Source: Flaccisagitta enflata
Lineage: Eukaryota
Assembly: GCA_965153355.1 (NCBI GenBank)
Contig: OZ231126.1
Span: 8,742,001 to 8,806,000 of the forward strand
Reading direction: 5' to 3'
DNA length: 64,000 bases
Shown here: positions 54,701 to 64,000 of the stretch, in pieces
Numbering within the stretch: position 1 is the first letter of the stretch
Layout of the letters: each line of letters starts with the position of its first letter
Notes under the pieces: generated by a model
The model's input: the letters and a program-made list of their open reading frames with translations, nothing else
The model's database searches: none
What the model was told of the DNA's origin: nothing
Position numbers and translations under genes: made by a program

Positions 54701-57700
54701 CTTGCTGATGAAAATGAAAAATTCATCTAAAACTCCAAAACAAGCCCTACCTTCTGTAAGTGGCAAAATTGCAGAGATGTCAAAAGAAGAAACACCATTG
54801 TCAACACCATGGATTAAAACTGACAATATTAAACTTGGATTGCATGTTGAAAACAAGCTTGAGGCAAATTCTTTAGTCCAAACAGGAAAAAAATCCAGCT
54901 CTCTAACATCCTCAATTACTACACATGGTAACAATGAAGATGCAACAAAACTGCATGAAGGAACTATCGAATCAGTTAGTGATACAAAATCAATGCAGGG
55001 TGCAACTATACCAAAGATAGATATTACTGAGAAAAAGGAAAGCAAGGAGATAAATCAAGGATCAAAAGGAAAACCAGCTCCTAAAGATCAAATTGCAAAG
55101 CTATCCACAGAGGCAGTACTGCCAGCCAACTTGCCACCCAGCAGTGCATCAGTAAAAATTGATGGTGCCCCTGACTTGATGATGAAAGTGAAAAACTCTT
55201 CTGAAACTCCAAAAGAAGCCCAACCTTCTGTAAGTGGTAAAATTACAGAAAAGTCAAAAGAAGAAAAGCCATCATCTGCACCAAAGATTATAACAGACAT
55301 ATCTAAACCTGGTTTGAATGTTGAAAACAAGCTAGGTGAAGTTTCAAATGTGTTGAAAAATGAGGGTCATGAAACTGTAAACAGTCTTGACAAAAGGCCC
55401 AAAGCAGAGGCCACTACCTCTGTAACATCATCCACTAACAAACCAAACCAAACAAAAACTGGATCTTCCCTGAAGGAAAAGAAAAAAATAATCAGCAATG
55501 ATCCTCCCTTGCCCTCCCTGACTGCCGACATTGACTTTGATGCCATTGTTGATCCTTTCAAGCCCAGGAGGTCTTTGAAAATGGGTAATCCAAATGATCC
55601 TGTTGTCTTACAACCCCAGGCTGATAGTGATGCCAAAAATGATCCAGTTATGACCAGAAAGGAAATGGGGTCTGATAGTAAACCTCCCAACGACGTTGAC
55701 TTTGATGCCATTGAAAATCCTTTCAAGCCCAGGAGGTCTTTGAAAATGGGTAATCCAAATGATCCTGTTGTTGTACAACCCCAGGCTGATAGTGATGCCA
55801 AAGATGATCCAGTTATGATCAGAAAGGAGATGGAAATGGGGTCCAATAGTAAACCTCCCAATGTGTTGAAAATTGATGGTCATGAAACTGTAAACAATCA
55901 TGACAAAAAGCTCAAAGCAGAGGTCACTACGTCTGTAACATCATCCACTAACAAACCAAGCCAAACTAAAACTATCAAATCAGTTAGTGATACAGAATCA
56001 TTGCAGGGTGCAACTATACCAAAGGTAGATATTACCAAAAAAAAGGAAAGCAAGGAGGTAAATCAAGGATCAAATGGAAAACCAGCTCCCAAGGATAAAA
56101 CTACAAAGCTGTCCACAGAGGCAGTACTGACAACCAACTTGCCACCCAGCAGTGCATCAGTCAAAACTGATGGTGCCCCTGACTTGATGAAAATGAAAAA
56201 CTCCTTTGAAATACCAAAAGAAGCCCAACCTTCCCTAAGTGAAAAAATTACAGAGAAGTCAAAAGAAGAAAAATCATCATCAGCATCAAAGATTACAACA
56301 GACACATCTAAACCTGGATTGAATGTTGAAAATAAGCTAGGTGAAGTTTCAAATGTGTTGAAAATTGAGGGTCATGAAACTGTAAACAGTCTTGACAAAA
56401 GGCCCAAAGCAGAGGCTACTACCTCTGTAACATCATCCACTAACAAACCAAACCAAACAAAAATTGGATCTTCCTTAAAGGAAAAGAAAAAAGCAATCAG
56501 TAATGATCCTCCCTTACCCTCCCTGACTACCGACATTGACTTTGATGCCATTGAAAATCCCTTCAAGCCCAGGAGGTCTTTGAAAATGGGTAATCCAAAT
56601 GATCCTGTTGTCTTACAACCCCAGGCTGAAAGTGATGCCAATGATGATCCAGTTATAACCAGAAAGGAGATTAAAATCGGGTATGATAGCAAAGCTCCCA
56701 ATGTGTTGAAAATTGAGGGTCATGAAACCATAAACAGTCATGACAAAAAACCCAAAGCAGAGGCCGCTTTGTCTGTCACATCATCCACTTACAAACCAAG
56801 CCAAACAAAAACTATTAAATCAGTGAACGAAACAAATTCATTGCAGGGTGCAACTATATCAAAGGTAATTACTACTGAGAAAAAGGAAAGCAAGGAGGTA
56901 AATCAAGGATCAAAAGGAAAGCCAGATCCTAAAGATCAAACTACAAAGCCTTCCACAGAGGCTGTACTGTCAACCAGCTTGCCACCCAGCAGTGCATCAG
57001 TCAAAATTGATGATGCATCTGACTTGATGAAAAAGAAAAACTCATCTGAAACTCCAAAAGAATCTCTACCTTCTGTAAGTGGTAAAAATACAGAAGAGTC
57101 AAAAGAAGAAAAACCATCATCTGCACCAAAGATTACAACAGACACATCTAAACCTGGATTGAATGTTGAAAAAAAGCTAGGTGCAAATTCTTTAACTCAA
57201 AAAGAGAAACAATCCAGCTCTACCACATCCCCAACTACTGTAGATAGCATTGCAAAAGAAAAAACTCAAATAGGTGAGGGAACTTTAAAAACAATCAATT
57301 ATACAAAATCAATGCAGAGTGAAGCATCGAAGGATATTGCAACTATACCAAAGTTTGATGTTACTGAGAAGAAGGAAAGTAAGGAGGTAAACCAAGGATC
57401 AAAAGGTGATCAAGCTACGAAAGATCCAACTATAAAATTATCCACAGAGGCGGTGTTGTCAACCAACTTGCCACCCAGCAGTTCATCAGTCAAAATTGAT
57501 GGTGCCCCTGACACACTGAAGAAAATGAAAAATTCATCTGAAACTCCAAAAAAAGCCTTACCTTCTATAAGTGGCAAAATTGCAGAGAAGTCAAGAGAAG
57601 AAAAACCATCATCAACACCATTGATTAAAACTGACAATATTAAACCTGGATTGCATGTTGAAAACAAGCTTGAGGCAAATTCTTTAGCTCAAACAGGAAA

Positions 57701-60700
57701 AAAATCCAGCTCTCTAACATCCTCAATTACTACACATGGTAACAATAAAGATGCAACTAAACTGCATGAAGGAACTATCAAATCAGTTAGTGATACAAAA
57801 TCAAAGCAGGGTGCAACTATACCAAAGGAAGATATTACCGAGAAAAAGGAAAGCAAGGAGATAAATCAAGGATCAAAAGGAAAACCAGCTCCTAAAGAGC
57901 AAATTACAAAGCTATCCACAGAGGCAGTACTGTCAGCCAACTTGCCACCCAGTAGTGCATCAGTCAAAATTGATGGTGCCCCTGACTTTATGATGAAAGT
58001 GAAAAACGCATCTGAAACTCCAAAAGAAGCCCAACCTTCTGTAAGTGGTAAAATTACAGAAAAGTCAAAAGAAGAAAAAGCATCATCTGCACCAAAGATT
58101 ACAACAGAAACATCTAAACCTGGATTGAATGTTGAAAACAAGCTAGGTGCAAATTCTTTAACTCAAAAAGAGAAACAATCCAGCTCTACCACATCCCCAA
58201 GTACTGTAGATAGCATTGCAAAAGAAAAATCTCAAATAGGTGAGGGAACTTTAAAAACAATCAATGATACAAAATCAAAGCAGAGTGAAGCATCGAAGGA
58301 TATTGCAACTATACCAAAGTTTGATGTTACTGAGAAGAAGGAAAGTAAGGAGGTAAACCAAGGATCAAAAGGTGAACCAGCTACCAAAGATCAAACTATA
58401 AAATCATCCACAGAGGCAGTGTTATCAACCAACTTGCCACCCAGCAGTTCATCAGTCAAAATTGATGGTGCCCCTGACACGCTGAAGAAAATGAAAAATT
58501 CATCTGAAACTCCAAAAGAAGCCAAACCTTCTGTAAGTGGTAAAACTACGGAAAAGTCAAAAGAAGAAAAGCCATCATCTGCACCAAAGATTATAACAGA
58601 TTCATCTAAACCTGGATTGAATGTTGAAAACAAGCTAGGTGAAGTTTCAAACGTGTTGAAAAATGAGGGTCATGAAACTGTAAACAGTCTTGACAAAAAG
58701 CCCAAAGCGGAGGCCACTACCTCTGTAACATCATCCACTAACAAACCAAACCAAACAAAAACTGGATCTTCCCTAAAGGATAAGAAAAAATCAGTAAGTA
58801 ATGATCCTCCCTTATCCTCCCTGACGGCCAACATTGACTTTGATGCCATTGATGATCCTTTCAAGCCCAGGAGGTCTTTGAAAATGGGTAATCCAAATGA
58901 TCCGGTTGTCTTACAACCCCATGCTGATAGTGATGCCAATGATGATCCAGTTATGACCAGAAAGGCGATGGAAATAGGATCTGATAGTAAACCTCCCAAT
59001 GTGTTGAAAATTGATGGTCATGAAACTGTAAACAGTCATGACAAAAAGCTCAAAGCAGAGGCCGCTACGTCTGTAACATCATCCACTAATAAACCAAGCC
59101 AATCTAAAACTATCAAATCAGTAAGTGATACTAAATCATTGCAGGGTGCAACTATACCAAAGGTAGATATTACTGAAAAAAAGGAAAGCAGGGAGGTAAA
59201 TCAAGGATCAAAAGGAAAACCAGCTCCTAAAGATATAACTACAAAGCTATCCACAGAGGCAGTACTGTCAACCAACTTACCACCCAGCAGTGCATCAGTC
59301 AAAATTGATGGTGCCCCTGACTTGATGAAAAAGAAAAACTCATTGGAGACACCAAAAGAAGCCCAACCTTCTGTAAGTGGAAGAATTACAGAAAAGTCAG
59401 AAGAAGAAAAACCATCATCAGCATCAAAGATTCCAAAAGACACATCTAAACCTGGATTGAATGTTGAAAACAAGCTCAGTGAAGTTTCAAATGTGTTGAA
59501 AAATGAGGATAATGAAACTGTAAACAGTCTTGTCAAAAGGCCCAAAGCAGAGGCCACTACCTCTGTAACATCATCCACTAACAAACCAAGCCAAACAACA
59601 ACTGGATCTTCCCTAAGGGAAAAGAAAAAAACAATCAGTAATGATCCTCCCTTGCCCTCCCTAAATACCGACATTGACTTTGATGCCATTGATGATCCTT
59701 TCAAGCCCAGGAGGTCTTTGAAAATGGGTAATCCAAATGATCCTGTTATCTTACAACCCCAGGTTGATAGTGATGCCAAAGATGATTCAGTTATGATCAG
59801 AAAGGAGATGGAAATGGGGTCAGATAGTAAAGCTCCCAAAGTGTTGAAAATTGAGGGTCATGAAACCATAAAAAGTCATGACAAAAAGCCCAAAGCAGAG
59901 GCCGCTATGTTTGTAACATCATCCACTAACAAACCAAGCCAAACTAAAATTATGAAATCAGTTAGCGACACAAAATCATTGCAGGGTGCAACTATATCAA
60001 AGGTAGATACTACTGAGAAAAAGGAAAGCAAGGAGGTGAATCAAGGATCAAAAGGAAAAGCAGATCCTAAAGATCAAACTACAAAGCTATCCACAGAGGC
60101 AGTACTGTCAACTAACTCGCCACCCAGCAGTGCATCAGTAAAAATTGATGGTGTCCCTGACTTGATGAAAATGAAAAACTCATCTGAAATTCCAAAAGAC
60201 GCCATACCTTCTGTAGGTGGTAAAATTACAGAAAAGTCAAAAGAAGGAAATTCATTATCTGCACCAAAGATTACAACAGACACATCTAAACCTGGATTGA
60301 ATGTTGAAAACAAGCTAGGTGCAAATTCTTTAACTCAAAAAGAGAAACAATCCAGCTCTACCACATCCCCAACTACTGTAGGTAGTATTGCAAAAGAAAA
60401 AATTCCAATAGGTGAGGGGACTTTAAAAACAATCAATGATACAAAATCAATGCAGAGTAAAGCATCAAAGGATATTGCAACTATACCAAAGGTTGATGCA
60501 AAGCAGGGTGCAACTTTACCAAAGGTAGATATTACCGAGAAAAAGGAAAGCAAGGAGGTTAATCAAGGATCAAAAGAAAAACCAGCTCCTAAAGATCAAA
60601 TTACAAAGCTATCCACAGAGGCAGTACTGTCAGCCAACTTGCCAACCAGCAGTGCATCTGTCAAAATTGATGGAGCCCCTGACTTGATGATGAAAGTAAA

Positions 60701-60719
60701 AGATGCCCAACCCTCTTGA
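48759..60719 (+). CDS. Giant S/T/K/E-rich modular repeat protein (3986 aa to the first stop), TACC-like DPF motifs
   Basis: 12-kb open frame free of transposons and microsatellites in a repeat-riddled region. The repeat-unit indels I checked are multiples of 3. A candidate acceptor ttttcag lies at 48681-48687. Confidence 0.88.
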   Translation: MDPSKQTKVLNEERTCTNASLDNTKETLKTNVIVHDLPSFSDISLSKNTLSNILLDPQKEKERITGISPDGSKASHDRIDAKQEITPHLISNSIENPLVVKKGDRDKGLANNNLSSIDVKSKSSKSYGSASNDFSAHSIKSSVENILPKQQAETKSVTTKQSQLSNITDEKTTKIPNSDDKTRDHIFDSKPATKPSSNIASRDTGAKVDITEKKERNEVHPESKGKPTNMDQTRKLSTEAVSLTNLPHSSASVNKDADHGMLLTKKNSSVTSKEAPLSMNSKNSEKTKEEKPSSSPIMKTDTGAELHVEKKLAPNSLAQTGKQSSALTSLITAHGNNKDATKLHEGPIKSISDTKSMQSVTIPKVDDTEKKESKEVNQGSKGKPAPKDETIKVTTEAVLSTNMPPSSASVKIDGAPGLMMKMKNSSETPKEAQPSVSGKITEKSKEEKTSTAPKITTNTSKPGLNVENNLGEVSNVLKNEGHETVNSLDKRPKAEATTSVTSSTNKPSQTKTGSSLKEKNKTVSNDPPLPSLTADIDFNSIDDPFKPRRSLKMGNPNDPVVLQPQADSDAKDDPVMIKKEREMGSDSKALNVLKIEGHDTVNSHDKKPKAEAATSVTSSTNKPSQTKIVKSVSDTKSLQGATVPKVDITEKNESKVVNQGSKGKPDPKDQTTKLSTEAVLSTNLPPSRSSVKIDSAPDLMKKKNSSETLKEALPSVSGRITEKSKEERPSSAQKITTDTSKPGLNVENKLGEVSNVLKNEGHETVISLDKRPNAEATTSVTSSTNKPSQTKTGSSLKEKKKTVSNDPPLPSLTADIDFNSIDDPFKPRRSLKMGNPNDPVVLQPQADSDAKDDPVMIKKEREMGSDSKALNVLKIEGHETVNSHDKKPKAEAATSVTSSTNKPSQTKIVKSVSDTKSLQGTTVPKVDITEKNESKVVNQGSKGKPDPKDQMTKLSTEAVLSTNLLPSRSSVKIDSAPDLMKKKNSSETLKEALSSVSGRITEKSKEERPSSAQKITTDTSKPGLNVENKLGEVSNVLKNEGHETVNSLDKRPNAEATTSLTSSTNKPSQTTTGSSLKEKKKIVSNDPPLPSLTADIDFGAIDDPFKPRRSLKMGNPNDPVVLQPQADSDAKDDPVMIKKEREMGSDSKALNVLKIEGHDTVNSHDKKPKAEAATSVTSSTNKPSQTKIVKSVSDTKSLQGATVPKVDITEKNESKVVNQGSKGKPDPKDQTTKLSTEAVLSTNLPPSRSSVKIDSAPDLMKKKNSSETLKEALPSVSGRITEKSKEERPSSAQKITTDTSKPGLNVENKLGEVSNVLKNEGHETVISLDKRPNAEATTSVTSSTNKPSQTKTGSSLKEKKKTVSNDPPLPSLTADIDFNSIDDPFKPRRSLKMGNPNDPVVLQPQADSDAKDDPVMIKKEREMGSDSKALNVLKIEGHETVNSHDKKPKAEAATSVTSSTNKPSQTKIVKSVSDTKSLQGTTVPKVDITEKNESKVVNQGSKGKPDPKDQMTKLSTEAVLSTNLLPSRSSVKIDSAPDLMKKKNSSETLKEALPSVSGRITEKSKEERPSSAQKITTDTSKPGLNVENKLGEVSNVLKNEGHETVNSLDKRPNAEATTSLTSSTNKPSQTTTGSSLKEKKKIVSNDPPLPSLTADIDFGAIDDPFKPRRSLKMGNPNDPVVLQPQADRDSQDHSVMTRKEMEIRSDSKAPNVLKIEGHDTINSHDKKPKAEAAMSVTSSTNKPSQTKTIKSVSNTKSLQGAIKSKVDITEKKESTEVNQGSKGKPDRKDQTAKLSTEAVLSINLPPRSASVEIDGAPDLMKKKNSSETPKEALPSVSSKVTEKSKEEKPSSAPKITIDTSKPGLNVENKLGANSLTQKEKQTSSTTSPTTVGSIAKEKTQIGEGTVITINDTKLMQSKASKDIATIPKVDVTEKKESKKVNQGSKGEPATKDQTIELSTEAVLSTNLPPSSTSVKIDGAPDLLMKMKNSSKTPKQALPSVSGKIAEMSKEETPLSTPWIKTDNIKLGLHVENKLEANSLVQTGKKSSSLTSSITTHGNNEDATKLHEGTIESVSDTKSMQGATIPKIDITEKKESKEINQGSKGKPAPKDQIAKLSTEAVLPANLPPSSASVKIDGAPDLMMKVKNSSETPKEAQPSVSGKITEKSKEEKPSSAPKIITDISKPGLNVENKLGEVSNVLKNEGHETVNSLDKRPKAEATTSVTSSTNKPNQTKTGSSLKEKKKIISNDPPLPSLTADIDFDAIVDPFKPRRSLKMGNPNDPVVLQPQADSDAKNDPVMTRKEMGSDSKPPNDVDFDAIENPFKPRRSLKMGNPNDPVVVQPQADSDAKDDPVMIRKEMEMGSNSKPPNVLKIDGHETVNNHDKKLKAEVTTSVTSSTNKPSQTKTIKSVSDTESLQGATIPKVDITKKKESKEVNQGSNGKPAPKDKTTKLSTEAVLTTNLPPSSASVKTDGAPDLMKMKNSFEIPKEAQPSLSEKITEKSKEEKSSSASKITTDTSKPGLNVENKLGEVSNVLKIEGHETVNSLDKRPKAEATTSVTSSTNKPNQTKIGSSLKEKKKAISNDPPLPSLTTDIDFDAIENPFKPRRSLKMGNPNDPVVLQPQAESDANDDPVITRKEIKIGYDSKAPNVLKIEGHETINSHDKKPKAEAALSVTSSTYKPSQTKTIKSVNETNSLQGATISKVITTEKKESKEVNQGSKGKPDPKDQTTKPSTEAVLSTSLPPSSASVKIDDASDLMKKKNSSETPKESLPSVSGKNTEESKEEKPSSAPKITTDTSKPGLNVEKKLGANSLTQKEKQSSSTTSPTTVDSIAKEKTQIGEGTLKTINYTKSMQSEASKDIATIPKFDVTEKKESKEVNQGSKGDQATKDPTIKLSTEAVLSTNLPPSSSSVKIDGAPDTLKKMKNSSETPKKALPSISGKIAEKSREEKPSSTPLIKTDNIKPGLHVENKLEANSLAQTGKKSSSLTSSITTHGNNKDATKLHEGTIKSVSDTKSKQGATIPKEDITEKKESKEINQGSKGKPAPKEQITKLSTEAVLSANLPPSSASVKIDGAPDFMMKVKNASETPKEAQPSVSGKITEKSKEEKASSAPKITTETSKPGLNVENKLGANSLTQKEKQSSSTTSPSTVDSIAKEKSQIGEGTLKTINDTKSKQSEASKDIATIPKFDVTEKKESKEVNQGSKGEPATKDQTIKSSTEAVLSTNLPPSSSSVKIDGAPDTLKKMKNSSETPKEAKPSVSGKTTEKSKEEKPSSAPKIITDSSKPGLNVENKLGEVSNVLKNEGHETVNSLDKKPKAEATTSVTSSTNKPNQTKTGSSLKDKKKSVSNDPPLSSLTANIDFDAIDDPFKPRRSLKMGNPNDPVVLQPHADSDANDDPVMTRKAMEIGSDSKPPNVLKIDGHETVNSHDKKLKAEAATSVTSSTNKPSQSKTIKSVSDTKSLQGATIPKVDITEKKESREVNQGSKGKPAPKDITTKLSTEAVLSTNLPPSSASVKIDGAPDLMKKKNSLETPKEAQPSVSGRITEKSEEEKPSSASKIPKDTSKPGLNVENKLSEVSNVLKNEDNETVNSLVKRPKAEATTSVTSSTNKPSQTTTGSSLREKKKTISNDPPLPSLNTDIDFDAIDDPFKPRRSLKMGNPNDPVILQPQVDSDAKDDSVMIRKEMEMGSDSKAPKVLKIEGHETIKSHDKKPKAEAAMFVTSSTNKPSQTKIMKSVSDTKSLQGATISKVDTTEKKESKEVNQGSKGKADPKDQTTKLSTEAVLSTNSPPSSASVKIDGVPDLMKMKNSSEIPKDAIPSVGGKITEKSKEGNSLSAPKITTDTSKPGLNVENKLGANSLTQKEKQSSSTTSPTTVGSIAKEKIPIGEGTLKTINDTKSMQSKASKDIATIPKVDAKQGATLPKVDITEKKESKEVNQGSKEKPAPKDQITKLSTEAVLSANLPTSSASVKIDGAPDLMMKVKDAQPS
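50381..53815 (+). repeat. 840-bp coding tandem repeat with 1680-bp higher-order duplication
   Basis: Sequence lines recur at offset 840 (50401/51241/52081/52921/53761). Diagnostic variants recur at offset 1680. Confidence 0.95.
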
Positions 60720-63700
60720 AGTGGTAAAATTACAGAAAAGTCAATAGAAGAAAAACCATCGTCTGCACCAAAGATTACAACAGACACAATTAAACCTGGA
60801 TTGAATGTTGAAAACAAGCTGGGTGCAAATTCTTTAACTCAACAGGAGAAACAATCCATATCTACCACATCCCCAACTACTGTAGGTAGCACTGCAAAAG
60901 AAAAAACTCAAATAGGTGAGGGAACTTTAAAAACAATGAATGATACAAAATCAATACAGAGTAAAGCATCAAATGATATTGCAACTATACCAAAGGTTGA
61001 TGTTACTGAGAAGAAGGAAAGTAAGGGGGTAAATCAAGGATCAAAAGGTGAACCAGCTACCAAAGATCAAACTATAAAGTTATCCACAGAGGCAGTGCTG
61101 TCAACCAACTTGCCACCCAGCACTGCATCAGTCAAAATTAATGGTGCCCCTGACTTGCTGATGAAGATGAAAAATTCATCTGAAACTCTAAAAGAAGCCC
61201 TACCTTCTGTAAGTGGCAAAATTGCAGAGAAGTCAAAAGAAGAAAAACCATCATCAACACCATGGATTAAAACTGAAAGTATTAAACCTGGATTGCATGT
61301 TGAAAACAAGCTTGAGACAAATTCTTTAGCTCAAACAGGAAAACAATCCAGCTCTCTAACATCCTCAATTACTTCACATGGTAACAATAAAGATGCAACT
61401 AAATTACATGAAGGAACTATCAAATCAGTGAAAGATACAAAATCAATGCAGGGTGCAACTAAACAAAAGATAGATATTACCGAGAAAAAGGAAAGCAAGG
61501 AGGTAAATCAAGGATCTAAAGGAAAACCAGCTCCAAAAGATCAAGATACAAAGCTATCCACAGAGGCAGTGCTGTCAACTAACTTGCCACCCAGCAGTGC
61601 ATCAGTCAAAATTGATGGTGCCCCTGACTTGATGAAGAAGATGAAAAACTCATCTGAAACTCCAAAAGAAGCCCAACCTTTAGGTGGTAAAATTACAGAG
61701 AAATCAAAAGACGAAAAACAATCCAATGCACCAAAGTTTACCACAGACACATCTAAACCTGGATTGAATGTTGAAAACAAGCTAGGTGCAAATTCTTCTC
61801 AAAAGGAGAAACAATCCAGCTTTACCACATCCCAAACTACTGTAGGTAGTATTGCAAAAGAAAAAACTCTAATAGGTGAGGGAACTTATAAAACAATCAA
61901 TGATACAAAATCAATGCAGAGTAAAGAATTAAAGGATATTGCAACTATACCAAAGGTTGATGTTTCTGAGAAGAAGGAAAGTAAGGAGGAAAAACAAGGA
62001 TCAAAAGGTGGACCAGCTACCAATGATCAAACTATAAAGCTATCCACAGAGGTAGTGTGGTCAACCAACTTGCCACCCAGCAGTGCATCAGTCAAAACTA
62101 ATGGTACCCCTGACTTGCTGATGAAAATGAAAAATTCATCTGAAACTCCAGAAGAAGCCCCACTTTCTGTAAGTGGCGAAATTGCAGATAAGTCAAAAGA
62201 AGAAAACCCATCATCATCACAAAAGGCAAAAACAGATAGGTTAGGATCAGCATTGCATGTTGATGACCAGCTTGGTGCAAATTCTTCAACTGAAACAGAG
62301 AAACAATCCACCTCTGTAACATCCCCAATCACTGCAGTTGGTATCACAAAAGAAAAAACCAAACAAGATAAAGGAATTGTCATAACAAATGATGCTTCCA
62401 TAAAGACATCCACGGTCAAAACTGCTACAGCACCTTCATCAGGCAAAGCCTCTGATGCACCAAACTATGACTTCCTCGTGAAAGCTGCTGAGGGCCTACT
62501 GGAGATGTTTTCAGATACTTCTAATGAACAAAAAACCTCAACAGACTCAATTAGGTCTCCAGCCAAAAAACCTGCAATCCCCAACAATGTTACTAGCAAA
62601 CGACTATCAAAAGATGATGTAGAAATTAGTCCAAAGGATGAGGATGTCAGAAAAGATGTATTAAACACTGACAGCACATCTTCCAAACATATAGACAAAA
62701 AGACAATATCTCCCATGATTCACAGTGAAAAAACTGTGTCTGTGAAAAAAGAGGGAAAGAATGATTCATTGATGACATCCAGCCAGAACCAGATGCCCAC
62801 AAGTAGTAAACTCTCTTCAGCATCTAGTCAGGATGCAAGAAAACAAAGTGACCCAAAGTTGCTTGACTCAAAGAAACCAGACAAGCTAGTTTCCAAAAAT
62901 TCCATAGAAAAAAATCAATCTCTAAACAGCCTTGGCAGATCACCAAAAGCATCACCAAAAGCCACACCAAAGGCCACACCAAGAGCTTCACCAAGAGCGT
63001 CACCTCGAGCAAATATCATTGGACAACCCAAAGCTGATCCTGCAAATATTGCCAGTAAAGTTTCATCGAAAACTCATCAAATTAGTGAAACAAAAAATAT
63101 AGAAACTATAGCTGCTAAAAAATCTAATACAGATAAGGTGTCAATGAGTCAGCAATTACAGAAAATTGAAAAAGAAAACTCTAGTTCTCAACATACTGGT
63201 ATGCAATCATCAGGTGAGAAGCAAGGTCATGACATTCAATTCATTGAGGCAAAGCTAAAAGAATCTCAACTTTTAAAAGGAAGTGATATCAAACAACAAA
63301 AAGTTACTCAGTTATCAGTGGTTGAGGATGCAAGGAATAAAAGTGTATCAGAAAAATCTCAAAGTGGAGAATTGATCTCATCAATTGCAGATAATGTAAA
63401 GAACAAAATGGCTCAAAAAACCAATGGTGATGATAAGCCACAAAACAATGCATCAAGTAAAATAGAAAGAGTTCCGTCCAAGCATAATACCAGCCAATCA
63501 GATAATCAAAGCTCATTTATGGTTGATGAAAAAGGACACAAGCCAACTGTAGTAATTTCTATTGATGAGCCATTAATGCCTTTCTCTACCAATTCTGGAA
63601 ATTCCACTAACAGAGAGAGCAAGAGATTGTCACTCAAAAATCGATTGCAGCATACAGACAAGCCATATGAAATGAAGACAGATGACAATTACAAAATCAG

Positions 63701-64000
63701 TAAACCACAAAATGAAGAAAAGATAAACCAAAACGCAGATACACAGAAATCGTCTGACACTCAAACAGATGGACGTAAAAAACTAAGCAGTGAAAAGGAA
63801 GTTCCTCATATCAAAAAGAATGATGATCAATCAAAAATTACAGTAAAGAATTTGGAAGATATGAACAAAGCAGATGTACATTCTCAAAGCACAGGCAAGC
63901 AGGAAGTGTTAGTTGCCACTGCCTCTCTACCAGCTATCAATGGCACTAACATCACAGGAGATATTAACAGCAAACTCTGTCCAGCAACCAAAAAATCTCC
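60720..64000 (+). CDS. In-frame continuation of the giant ORF beyond a single TGA, open to the window end
   Basis: Same frame and same repeat modules continue (SGKITEKSIEEKPSSAPK...), followed by unique S/T/K-rich sequence. No stop was seen in the parts I translated. The ORF track lists no closed plus-strand ORF here, consistent with run-off. Confidence 0.8.

Noticed and set aside
60717-60719. TGA as a selenocysteine codon
   Set aside because: Sister units encode Val rather than Cys, there is no redox motif, and no SECIS can be evaluated in the window.
49451-63688. Many minus-strand ORFs within the giant ORF
   Set aside because: Antisense shadows of the repetitive plus-strand coding frame.

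Overview
AT-rich, repeat-dense eukaryotic (invertebrate-like metazoan) genomic DNA. There is no sign of prokaryotic organisation. Main contents: (1) A minus-strand spliced gene for a type II membrane fibrinogen-related-domain (FReD) protein. It has three well-supported exons (14052-14220, 11508-11637, 5880-6342) and one or two candidate upstream exons, and its FReD appears to lack the N-terminal subdomain. (2) Its last intron is filled by two inverted Helentron/DINE-1-like non-autonomous elements carrying 10-bp satellites, plus a 5'-truncated LINE. (3) A near full-length CR1/L2-group LINE (about 27.1-31.1 kb) with the order signal-peptide-like leader, 2A-like motif, PHD finger, APE endonuclease, RT, and a late frameshift. 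(4) Many MITEs and TIR elements, often nested, including one whose arms each carry an outward-facing tRNA-like cassette. (5) Long microsatellite fields. (6) A giant uninterrupted coding block (48759 to the window end, >15 kb) for a modular S/T/K-rich repeat protein with ten DPF/NPF-KPRRSL motifs reminiscent of TACC proteins, broken only by one in-frame TGA. Most short ORFs in the track are artefacts of simple repeats. All calls are by eye; no database search was run.
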